Assembly: GCA_010909165.1 (NCBI GenBank)
Contig: MU008158.1
Location: 2,071,478-2,135,477 of the forward strand
DNA length: 64,000 nucleotides
Direction of reading: 5' to 3'
DNA from: Anthoceros angustus
Lineage: Eukaryota > Plantae > Anthocerotophyta
A program made the translations under genes and the position numbers. Below the pieces are notes generated by a model. It was not told the DNA's origin and did no database searches. It saw nothing but the letters and a program-made list of their open reading frames with translations. The stretch's first letter is position 1; every line of letters begins with the position of its first letter. Of the stretch, positions 22,363 through 34,660 are shown piece by piece.

Positions 22363-25300
22363 GATATTATTTTGCTTCGTGCCCAAATTCTTGATAATTT
22401 TTTGCTTGAAAATTATGTCCGTGCAGTTATGTACTAGATATATAATTGAATTTATTTGTTTAATAATTGATGTAAACTTTAATTTTACTTTGCTCAATGG
22501 CTTACACCCAACAATAATAATCCATTAAGGAATGGGGTGCCTAATAAGTATATCAAGTACAATATATTTTGGGTAATAATCAATAATTTATGTGAAGTTA
22601 AATTTTGGAAGTTTTGCAGTTTTTTTTTAGAGATATATAGAGCTTTATAAAAAAAATTGAAAATATACAGAAGAGCTCTACTCATGAGCAAAAAAACAGC
22701 GGGGCCTGGAGACGGAACCCAAGTCCCAAGTCTCTAAAGGACAAAACGACATAGAAAGAAGCCAACATGCCATAACCTACAACACCTAACGATGAGAAAA
22801 CATCAACCGAGTTTCTTCACCCAGTGGCGACAAACATCAAGGGCAGCGGCAGAGCGGAAGCAAAACCGCCCTAGCGACCCATAGATGTGCATCCCCTGTC
22901 GAAGGAGGGACTTGAAAGATTCCTTTGTAGGAGAGGCGACCATCTTTTCTCCCAAACGAGTTAGGGCCTTTTTCAGAGAAAGAAGCCAGTTGTCCTCAAC
23001 CTGAGACAGAAGATAGGGATTGGTGGTGAGTTGAGTATTGAGCCAGTCCTGATAATAAAGGTTGGAGGGCCCAATGAAGAAGAGATGGTTCTGGGCATCC
23101 AAAAACATTACCCGAATTGCACATGGCGAGACGGTGATCCGTGACCTGCTCCAGTAACGAGACTCTGACCACACGTCAATGTCTTCATCAGATGGAAAAG
23201 GGTCGAGAGCGGGAAGGTTCTAAATAGCCCACTTCTCATCCAAGAAATTTTGAAGTTCTAGCTACACGCAAGGGGGGGTGGGCAACCAAGGCGGAGCCCA
23301 CTCCCCCTCCTCATCCTCCGAATCAAGTGTCTGCCGGTCATCACGCTCTCCAGGAAAAAGATTATCTACATCCACGTAATCATCCCTAGCGTAATGCTCC
23401 TGAGAGAAGAGAGGGGAGGAGAATCCTCCGCGTCAAACCCTTGGTTCCCCTCATCCCAGTAATAGACCGTGGAGGAGGAGGGAGAAGAGTCCACCATGGT
23501 TGCCTCCGAGCTCAACTTCTTCCACAATCTGCACAAAACAAAACAGCGGCATCTCTCAACGATAAAGAGCCTAACCCCACTGAGGATTTGGGACGTAGCT
23601 GACTCTAATGCAAGGGCAGCGCCAGACCACCCGGCAAGGACAAGAGTGTATCCTACCGTACCGACCATGAACCTGGAGTTCAAAAATCAAAAGCAGGAGG
23701 GGAAAGTAAGCGACCAGCAACCCAAAACTGGCTGCCCAAGCCGAGTTGCATTACCAGCATCCTGTCGCACAAAACCACAAATCCAACCCCATAAGCCTCG
23801 CACTGAGCCGCTCAAAGATTGGGCGAAACCAGATCCCAAACGAGCCGACTTAGCATCCGACGATCGGTTTTCCATCATTGAAGAAAGGGGCAATGATGGT
23901 TCCATCTAGGCTCCCCTCTAACCCTCAACTCACGAAAAAGAAGACCAGCCCTATGCCAGTCTTGCATTTTGATGCATTGGGTGTTGAATCGTAGATACCT
24001 CCGTGATGATTGAACCTGACAATGCACACACTGTTCGGATCGATCTCCAATACTATAAACAACTTACGTCCAATGAATCCAGAGAGCATGAATAGTAACA
24101 GCCCACAGTGGAGGCCACCATTCACACGAGAGCCATTGTCGAGAGGTAGTCTCATCGAGACCGAATAAAACGTTAGCTTCCCTGATTCTTAACCTGATAT
24201 TGTGGAATAATCTTTGCACCTAGCATTGTATCTGAGTCCAAACCTGCCTAGCTAGCAAAAGGCTAGTCAAAAAAAACATGCTCACTCTTCTGAACCGCAC
24301 CAGAATTGCAGAGCAGACAGAAAGGAAAACCAATGGCTTCCAGGAACAGATGCCCCCTATCTGAATTTGGCAACTGGGAATATCTGCTACAAATAAAGTG
24401 CACCGATGCTTTTCCTATACCTCGAGGCTTTTCCAAAGCAAACATAAAATTCTCTGCTGCTTAACCTCACTAAGTCCAAGCCGAGGGGCCAGAGGGGGCC
24501 GTTTCTTCAATTTGCCTTTGTCCACCAAAAGCTTATACAACAAAGAGGTATTGACATTGAAAAAGGATCTTGAATGTTATTTCCACTGTCCAGGATGCCA
24601 ACAAGAATCAAACTCTACACACCCCTTCCACCAAACCCTGAAACAGTTCCACTCACCCGGGCTACACAACAATTCGTCACGCAAAAGCCATTGTTTGGAT
24701 TGGAAGGAACCATGTAGCACCAGAATCGGAGTAAGCCGAGAACCATCATACGGGATATCCTTCCTGCCAAGTCTCAAGGTGCCCTCCCTATCATACCACA
24801 TGAATTCATCGACGGTAACCCCAAAAATTCCTGCTGACAGATTGAGCTGGTAAACTGAGGTGCTATTAAGATGATAATGACTATGGTGAATGGCAGGGTG
24901 GAGCATATAAAAATCTCTATCTCTCCAAACATCAGGAGTATGAATTGCAGTCTGGATTTGAGGGGACAAATCCTCCACTAAGCACTTGTAAATGAATCTA
25001 GTACATGGTACGGAGACCCCAAATTCATCCTGAAGATGAGTAGTAGATTTCCAAAAACTAGTGCAGTGATTCCATATGTGAGACACCCTTTGGAGGCCTT
25101 GGCCACCAGCATTCCTAAAGTGGACAGAGCATTTTACCGACTCTAGCCTGTCTAATCCCCAAATCTCAAGGTACCCTTGTAACGGAAGAGAGAGAGTTTT
25201 GGCCTGACACTGTGGGGGAGACCACTTACATAATGGAAGGATCTGTCCGAAAGTTTTCCATATAGAATTCCGTAAGGGTGAGCCGCCTTCCTTTTGTAAT

Positions 25301-25520
25301 TGAGCAGTAGGGAGAAGATGTGGCAAAGATGGAAAGCACCGTGTCCACTCAACTTCGCACCTTCAAGCCTATAGGTAAAGAATTGCTTCCAAGGGTAATA
25401 AATCGGGCTTAAGGCATTTACAATCCATTGGGCATGCAGCACTTGCGTTTTGATAAACGGGTCCACAAGTTGAAGGCCTCCCTTCGACTTTGGCTGTATC
25501 AAAAGCCTCCAGGCCACATT

Positions 25521-28500
25521 CTTTATCTTCCCAGCCTCCTCCACTGGGCAGCTCCAAAGGAATTGAAGGATCAGAACGTGAAATCTATCCATATCCGAAT
25601 GAGAGGGGGGCCAACAGAAGATGTAGTACCACAGAGTCGCAGTTAAAATATGGTTATTTGCGATGATCAGGGCAGGCATAGAGAGCTGAAGGATATGTGT
25701 GGCATGAGCTTTCTTAATGAATTTGGAAAAGACAAAATTGCAAATGGCTTCATTTTCATCACCTTCATAAAAAGGAATACCCATTGGCAAGTACTTGTGA
25801 TATGAGTCCCGGGCCCTTGAATCCGTTTGATATGACTAATAGCAGCTGGAATAACATCCTTTATCTTCCCTGCCTCCACCACTAGGCAGCTCCAAAGGAA
25901 TTGAAGGATCAGATCGTAAAATCTATCCATATCCGAATGAGAGGGGGCCCAATAGAGGATGTAGTACCAACATCATAATTTTTGAAGGGGGAATATAACC
26001 CCTTCGGTCGACATCGACCCTTGTCACGATGTACACCCTTCTCGTAACAGCATATCTGCCCTATTTTGATAATGCGCACACCCTTTCTGAGGTCATACCT
26101 TTGATAAAAGACGCACTTTCATCAAGTCTACACTCGAGAACTGGAGCATGAGGGTGTGGGCCCGTCTGCTTTTGTAGAATGCATAGAGGGCTGCCATTTT
26201 CATATGTTTATTACAACCGAAAACTCTTACTTTCAAGTGGTGGAACACAATGAAAACAATCCTGTACTAGTGGGAGTCTCATTTCAATGATCGTAAGAAC
26301 ATTGCAACAAACAACTTTTAAAGGAGGAAGTGGTCATCAGCGTCGACAATAGTCATTCAAGAGTGCGGCCTGGCGACTCATCCATACTTACCAAATCAGT
26401 CAAGTACCACCGCCATATTCGAGGCGGTCCATCCTCCACCTCAAAGTTGTCGCTCTCCATTGCTTGCTCGTCTTCAATAGTACCATTCTTGGGCCCAAGT
26501 CACCTGTCGATGCGCCACACAACATCTAGCATCTGCTGACCCTCATCCAAAAGGTCGCCAGTCGTGGTCTTCAACCTTCTGGCACTCAGTGCAACCACTT
26601 GGGCTTTAAGGCAATGCCAGGTGTCCTTAAAATGAACAAAGTTAGTTGCCCATGCGCCCATGCAAGCATCCTTAAAATCAACAAAATTGAGTTGTTAAGG
26701 AGATTTAGGTTTTGAACACGAAACCTAATCATTACTACAATTTTTTCCCAAACACTTGACCAATGGTCCCAAGTTGCCATATTTGAGCCGCTAAATATTT
26801 ATTTTCTTCAAGACAGCCAATGAGGAGCCCATGGGGGCGCCGGCCGGCCGGCACCCATGGGTAGGGCAGGGTGTGCTAGGGGAGGGCGCCGGCCGGCCGG
26901 TTCCCATGGGCAGGGCATGGCGTGTTGGGGAGGAAGGGGCGACCGGCCGGCGCCCATGGGCGGCGCGTGGGAGAGGCAAGGGAGGGGGGAGATGCACACG
27001 GCCGCCCGGTGTGCTAGGGGAGGCGCCGGCCCATGAGCGTGGCATCCGGGGATTATTCTCACAATGATAGCAATTCTTCAGAGGGATGGCAGGGCGCCGG
27101 CCGCCGTCGCCTCCCTGACCATCCTACCTGCAGAAGCTAGGGGGACAAGAAGGCTGGTCACCAAAGGTGTGGCCCATTTGCGAAGGGTTAAAGATTTGCA
27201 ACACGATAATATTTGAAGCGGTGAATATACGGCCGCTTTCGTAAACCCCGACCAATTTCAGATTCACATTCCCAAAACCCATGATTCTTAATGTTCTCGG
27301 TTTACGCATTTGGGTCTTATCTCGCCGTCATGTTTGGTCGTTTGGACAAAATTTTGCCTCAAGTATGGTGCAGGCGCATGTGCCAAGATGCCGCCCTAAA
27401 AGAAACTCAACTTAACTAATATAAAAACTATAATTGATCTCGAACTCGCGATCTATGATTCTTAGCCGAGTTTTTACCACTTTACCAACTTTAGGAGACA
27501 ACAAAATTTTATGATATGCAAATAACATATATCAATGAAGGTGCCAATATGCTAGCACCCTATGCTCTTATGCTCCTCCATAGGCGCGATGCTGCCCTTA
27601 AATAGGTTTTCTATGAGCGGGTGCCCGTCGCATTAACACTAGGGCTTACAACCACTTGTCCCGCACCCATGCACATTATGACTTACATATATTAGGCCAC
27701 GATCGCTTGTTTTGCAAGAGAATGAGAAAAACACACCACCTTTCACACTTCCGATCACGACTTGGTCGCTCACAAAGATGGTGTCCAACATACAAAAACG
27801 ATTCAATTGCTATGACCTCAGAGAAAGATAGTCGCTACACACGAGCTCGAGAATAGGGAAGAAACTTTGTGTCATGTCTCTCTCTCCTCCGATTCAAGTG
27901 AAATTTGAGATCATGAATATTAGGGCATGGGTAATTTCAAACGGTTTAGAAAACCTTTGAAATTTAAAATAATTTCCATGATTTTGAGTTCAAGTATACA
28001 AATTATTAGAATAAGGAATTTAAACCAAACCAATCACTTTTACAACACATACTATGCTCTCATTTCAATACATATTACCTATTCCCTACACAACATGAAA
28101 AGTTCATAACATAAAAGTGTGAGAGGCAAGAAGACTTGAACTCAAGACCTCTTATTTCCAACTTTAGGCTTACCACTCCATTAACTTTCCCATATACAAA
28201 TAATTGAAGCACAAAGTATATGTTGAATGAGGGCGGCATGCCGGCGCCCTCATGCCCTCATTTTCTTCTTCTTCTTCATCATGCCCTTATGCTCCCCATG
28301 CCTTGTTTTGATAGCCCCGAGAAGCCATCACGGTTCGGTGGTTTCTTAGCCACTAGCCTAGGGTGTCTAACCGATGTTGAGCAACCGAGCCATTACGCTC
28401 GTAGGCGTATGAAAAGTGTTTGTTGACGTCCGCCATTGCCAAAGGCCATGAATCTTGGCGCCGGCATGCCCAATGCACGTAGCCTTTGAGCATGACTGGC

Positions 28501-30210
28501 GCAGATGCCCGCCTAGGTGTGTCACTTACGGCGTGTTTAGGGTCTTCACGCCTAGTTGTACAATGACATCGACCGTGTCCGGATTGGATGTATAGCACGA
28601 TATAGAAATAGCCGATGCATTCCCTTCGATGTCAGCAGATGGTCGCCCATGTTCATTTCATCGTTGTTTAACGAATGGCATGCACTAACGACATGGGCAT
28701 CATTTCCATTGAAAACAATGGTCTACTAGGTCAAACCTTCGCCTACCATTGTAAGCCGCTAAAATATAAAATTCACGACACCCTAATTGTGTGCCTTCTT
28801 CGCAGGTATGCTCAAATACACATTTCAATGCCCATCGAAAACCCTGCTTCAGATATTCACGCTAAAAGCCGCTTGATGTATATTCAGCCGCCTAAATATT
28901 ATGTCACATGTCCATAGGTGATCATGAAGAGTACAAGTGGTGGAAGCCTTTTGGACCGTAAGGAGATTGCTATCATTGTGGAGAATATTGGGCTTAGTGT
29001 GGAAGTGGTTTACGCGTATGGATCACACAATGACCACTTGCGCTATGAAGCTTTGCTAGATGAGGCATTATTGAGAGACCTCCCTGCGATATGTACTTGG
29101 GGGTATATCAAAATGCCGGAAGGCAATGGAATGGCGATGAATGGGGACATAATGGAAATCTTGAAGGATGTTTTCGGCGCGGCAAAGTATGGACACACAA
29201 TATGCCATTCGATTGGGAGAGTCATTGACGCGGGTTAGATGCACCACGACCACTTTCCTATCCACCGGTATCGGATCCGAGCAATACGATACGGGAGACA
29301 TAAGTGTGTAGGAATACATAGTCCGCCGGACCAACCCATCCGGTCCGATGCCGAGGAAAAAGGAATAAGGTCCATTACTCCAAAAACAGGCGAGGTGTTT
29401 GGGAAATAAATAGCCATCCTCAGACATGGGTTTGTGTTGAACGACTAAACATGTGTATGCGTGGACAAAAGTGATAAGAGATAAGCTCAAGGCGGCGCGG
29501 CTTCATACAACTCCGCGAGTCAAAGTGCCATCAAGATAGTGATGACAATGCTGAGAAGTTAGACTTGATGATTTAAGGATTGAACTCGTGATGAGGAACT
29601 GAAATCACGGTTTGTCCCGGGGTCCCAGAGTGAATGTTGAGCGTCTAGTTCCAAATGTTACTGTGTTTTGGAAATACCCTATCCTTGGCTTTTGTTGTAT
29701 CCTTACTAAACCACATTTTCCTCCCAAAATCGAATTTACAGTCGTCCTTCCCGGTAGGAACGGCCTTCCTTACCATTCCTACTTTGCATTAATCCCATAG
29801 GTTCGAGTTTGCAACCACCATTCGATGTAAACATTGCCGGATGGAAAGTAGGAACTTTAGCATGACACCTCTTTTTCTGAGATGCCTTAATGCCTCAAAA
29901 ACGCTTTTAAGGCCCATCAAAACCCCTTCGTAGATCATTTACTAAAACCCCTTCGAGATTATTCACCACCTTCAAAAATTATGATGTTTACCACAGAGTC
30001 GCAGTTAAAATATGGTTAATCATGGCGATCCAGCAGTATAGAGAGCCAAGGATCAGGTACTGAGCTTTCCTAATGAATTTGGAAAAGATAAAATTGCAAA
30101 TGGCTTCATTTTCATCACCTTCATAAAAAGGAATACCCAAGTACTTGTGATATGAGTCCCGGGCCCTTGAATCCGTTTGATATGACTAACAGCAGTCGGA
30201 ATAACATCCT
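25521..30210. repeat. ~340-bp tandem duplication of LINE sequence (25521-25860 versus 25861-25968 plus 29989-30210); the second copy is interrupted by the TIR element
   Basis: ttatcttccc...gctccaaaggaattgaaggatcaga...atgtagtacc occurs at 25523 and 25861; acagagtcgcagttaaaatatgg...ggaataacatcct occurs at 25631 and 29993. Confidence 0.85.
25969..29988. mobile_element. 4.0-kb TIR DNA transposon of unassigned superfamily, apparently non-autonomous or degenerate
   Basis: Perfect 20-bp TIR AACATCATAATTTTTGAAGG (25969-25988; reverse complement at 29969-29988). 4-bp TSD TACC at 25965-25968 and 29989-29992. Empty site ATGTAGTACCACAGAG is visible at 25621. Confidence 0.85.
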
Positions 30211-32206
30211 TAATGTTTAGGCATATAATGACTATTTTGTTGCAGTTGACCTTGACTCCTGATAAGACACCAAACTCATGAACTGTATGAAGCACAGCGT
30301 CCACGGAACGATCTTCAACTTTTGAGAAAAGCAAAGAATCGTCTGCTAAACATGAGATTTGTAGTTCTTCCCCTCCTGGCCCTGTGATACTAGTGATGTC
30401 TCCATTATTCAAAATTTTCCACATAAGAAAATCTGTGATAATAGTGAAGAGGGTAGGGGCTAAGGGGCAGCCTTGTTGAACCAATCGGCTGATTTGAAAT
30501 CTGTCCGAAATATCTCCATTCACAGCTTGGCACCCACATCCTCGCAGATGATGGCAATCCACCTCCCGTTTTCCGAATCGGGTTCCCTGGAAGAGATGAT
30601 GCCATGGCCGGAAGGATGTGATGGAGAGGATGTAGACATGGGCGATGACATCCCGGACGGGAGGTGGACCGGAGATCCGATTTCACCCGGCCAAGTGGCA
30701 TGGCGATGCATCGCTCACAACCGGGGCCACATAGTGCAATGTAGGGAGAGACTGCGTGGTGATTGAGGACTGTGTTGAAGAAAGGACGGCGGCCCCTCCC
30801 ACAGTATGCCGGATGTGCCGCCCACCCGCATCCAAATGCGGCGGCCGAACGCGAATGCGCCATATCCCGCCATCAGCCATTGCCGAAACGTATTTAAGGC
30901 GGCGATGGCGCCTTCGCCATTCCCGGAGGCTCAAGAAAACCGCCAGCCATCTCCCTGCAGCGTGAAACTAATGCTCGAGCGCCGAGGCGTCTGTTTTCGA
31001 CATCCGCGAGGCCACGAGGTGAGTGCCGGGTGGAATCCTGACCACGCATTGCTGATGCAATGCATGCGATTCTAGAGAAGGCCATAGGGACATCGGATAG
31101 ACATGGAGGGGTTGATGGCAGCATTGGTTTGGTGTGTCAGGTTCGAGCCAGATGACTGCGTCGCAAATAGGAGAGTTTACCACTTGACTGACATCGCCTG
31201 CGCCCGCCTCCCCTCAAGCCAAGACATAGACCGTACTGATTCTGGGGCGATAGAGCCCGAGGACTTGCTGGAGACGCTGGTCCACAACCAACTGCTACCC
31301 CTTGAGGAGGAGTTATCTACGCTTAATGCACCATCACCGCCCACCGGGTGAGAGAGTGCCATGGCGCAGTGAGCGCTCTTGTGCGCAAGAGTTTGCGCCT
31401 CACCTAGAAGTGGCGCAAGAGGCCCAATGGCCGCAACTCCGCGACATGCTGACACATACTATACACTCAGCCCATCCAAACTCGTGAGGCTTTGACTGTA
31501 GAGAGGCGGACTGTGGTGAAGGTAAGATATGACGCCTCCCGCATTGCCTGACGCATGACCAAGGTGGAAGACCACATATACACTAGCCCTCTCAAGTGTA
31601 GGGATGAACGATTTTTTTTGTTTTAAGAGTGTTTGTATAGCAGAGTGCTTTGAGAATCACTGGTAAGGTCTTTTATACGAGAATGGTCCTTGGCCCTTGG
31701 GATAATAAATTTTTTTTTTTTGAACCTTAGGTTTTTCGACCCTGATAGGTAGGCTAGAGATAGAGTCCTGGGTTTTGGTGATTTTAGAAATAAGAAAGTG
31801 TCTATATATGTTAGGGATGCCTACACCGCCAGGGCGCAGCAAGCGGGAGGTAGCCGCCCACCACGGTCAAGAACGGACGCATGCACTGTGGGAGTTTACA
31901 ACCCTAGTGGCGGAGCCCGCCACAATGGAAAGAATCGAGAGACGACACACCCAAAGACCGCGAGGTCAAATTCCGTGGGCTGAGGCCGAGCGAGCCGCAG
32001 CAGCCGCGCGCAAACCGGGCGAGCCTGCTCACTGCAGTTGGACGAAGGCTACGCGACGGGCGGCGGGCGAGGAGAGAAATGCACAAGTAGCGGGAGGAAA
32101 AGAGACGCTGAGGCAAGAGCGCCAAGAACGCGGAGGAGACGCGCGAGGGTGGTGTCTTTCTCACTGGCAGGTGGAGGGTTCTTTCGGGAAACAAGAGAAA
32201 GAGAGA

Positions 32207-34180
32207 TGGCGCCGAGCCGCGCCGAAATTTCACTCATGCAAGGCCCAACATGGACCACGAAGGAGTGCAGCCCGTGCGTGAGCCGGGTCCGAATTTATGG
32301 AGAAGAAATGGTGTTACGACACCAAAGATTGGTGCAAGAGTGCGCAATTGAGAACCAAGTTGCAAGAGGGAGACGCGAGGAAGAGGCCGCAAACTGGATT
32401 TGGGACTCTTTCGAAAGCAGGCGGGCGAAGCATGTGAGGATGGAAGCTTGGTAATTGACCCCCGAGAAAGAAGACCCCGAGAGCCGCACCGCGCCATGAA
32501 GCCCGGGAAGTGAGAGTGAACAATGGATGGGTGACTCGCCAACTCGTGTCTGCACCGGTGGGATTAGCCAAGTGGATTTTGTGTTTCGCAGAATCAAGTT
32601 GGATCATATGGCACTACTCGGTTTCTTCATGAGGTGGTTAAAGGTACACAAATCGATTGGGGCGGATGATCTTTGAAAGAGCCTGGAGGAGAGGCGAATT
32701 TCTCCCTTCCCTCGGCCTCCTTGATTTCACCTTTTCTAATTCATGTGTTCGCGATTCCGTGTGTCTAACGAGTTGGAAGTCCGCCTTCATAGCCGGAAAC
32801 CGGCCAGGAACTCAAGGTAGAGGAGGAGGAGTGTAAGGAGATTCCGGAAGGATTCCAGTGGGAATGCGCCTCCTAGAAGAATGAAGGGGGAGGTTTCCAA
32901 GGGGCGGAAGCGAGGCGGACGGCCGAACGGGGTCACAAGAAGGGAAGGACAGCTGGGAAGAGGAACCCACAGCCACACCTAGGGTCACCAGTCGAAATCA
33001 GCAGGAACGAGTGAAGGAGGAGAAAATAAAGGGAACGACAAGTTGCCCCTCTCAGTGGGAGGAGCCGCTAGGAGAGATTGGAGCGGATGAGGAGTTGTGG
33101 CAAACCAACCCCTAGAAGAAGAGGGGTTAGTTCGATAGCCAAGTCCGCGACGGAGCTCGGAACATTTTGGCGACATTTCACCGACCCGCCGGGAAGTGGA
33201 GAGTGACACCGTCAGGCGAATTGTTGTGGAATGGGCACGGGCAGCCCAATTCGAATCAGCCTTGACTCGCCATGGCTGACAGCAGTGATCTCCCAGCGCC
33301 ATGGCTCTCACCGGCCGAGTGTGCAGGCCAGAAAAGTTGCTCAAGGAGAAGTTGGAGAGCCGAAGGCGAGAACAAGGTGGCAGGAGAGCAGACGGAATGC
33401 GAGCCCCTATGCAAGGCATGAGCTAAAGGCCATGTCCACCCAACAGAGGCCTTAGTAATCAGTCAAGGGGCGATGCTACAATTGAAGAGCTTCAAGATGA
33501 GGTCTCATGAGCCCAGAACAAATGGAAACAATGGCCTGAGAAATTCAAGAAGTCGAGAGAGAGAGAGAGATGAAGCTAGGGCCGAGTCAAGAGAGAGGTG
33601 GCCAAACCAAGAAGGCGAGCACACAAGAACCGCAGAGTCAAGCCACCACCGGGGAACTACCACCACGGTGGCTAAACCGCCACCGCCGTGGAAGGGAACC
33701 GAGGTGGGGAAGTCACCATGGAGCGCGCAGTGGATACGATCCCCGGAATCAAGGCGCCGCCTGTGGATTGTCCACGGAGGAGAGGGTAAGACCTCAGAAG
33801 AGCGATGACAGCTACGGCCCGGATGAGGATGCTCATGTCCTCGCCGTCGCATGGTGAGCGGTGCTCACTCTAAATGTGTATGTGGTTGTTGGGATGAGGG
33901 GCGTAAACCATTGGTCAGACATCTTGACCGCCACGCTACTGGTTCTTCCGAACGGAGCGGGCGCCATGTGGTGATCGAGGAAATGAGCGAGCAGCCGTGG
34001 CATGGAGGGAGGAGCACACGGTGGTGCCCAGGATGAGGAGAATAACAGTAGGGCCTATAGACAACGACGCCATGGAAGACGAAGAAACCGCAGGAGAGAG
34101 GTGGAGGTTTTGGGGAGAATCGCCGGATCGAGGCGCAGGAGAGCGAGAGGGAACCCCGTGCAGGCTAGGCAAAGAATCAT
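32207..34180 (+). pseudogene. Frameshifted ORF inside the LTR: conserved N-terminal domain, charged low-complexity region, coiled coil; second copy ~41083-43020
   Basis: ATG at 32207; NGWVT (32522), KLDHMA (32596), KGTQIDWG (32640), LISPFLIHVF (32721), then QEKLLKEKLE and ATIEELQDEVS coiled-coil-like segments in both LTR copies. Confidence 0.6.
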
Positions 34181-34602
34181 GACGCACTGATTTTAGGAGA
34201 GCGACATCATAGGCCGAGGCTTTTTGGGGTAGGGATAGGATGTTTTGAGGACCCGAGTCTGTAGTTTCTTAGATTGGTAGGGCGCCGGCTACAATTTTAG
34301 ACACCGGAGAAGTGAGTCAGGACCATGTAATGTATAAGAGACCCTGAGTCTCTCAATGTACATTTCGTGTGAACTTCCGTAAGGAATGCGCGAGGTTGAT
34401 TGGACGACGATCAAACTGCTCGCACCGCCTTCGTCACAAGAAGGCCGGAAGATCCTCGGATGGTCGAGAGCGGAGTGGCCAAGCCTGGGTGACGGCAGCG
34501 CCAAAAAGAGGTAGGAATTGAAGGCCGAGGCGGACCGCTGGCGATCGCACCGGTTCTTTTTTCCCGATCCTTCCCAACCGCCGCCACTGTGTGTTCATTC
34601 CA

Positions 34603-34660
34603 TCAAGGAGGGGTCTGTGTGGCCCAAGGAGGGGTCTGTGGCCCAAGGAGGGGTCCGTGC
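34603..34660 (+). repeat. Three ~19-21-bp tandem repeats CAAGGAGGGGTCTGTGGCC in the LTR (also ~43462-43515 and ~50920-50978)
   Basis: Direct read. Confidence 0.85.

Noticed and set aside
27400-28190. tRNA genes (B-box-like GAGTTCGAGATC / GAGTTCAAGTC on the minus strand)
   Set aside because: No cloverleaf can be formed; at most tRNA-derived repeat remnants.
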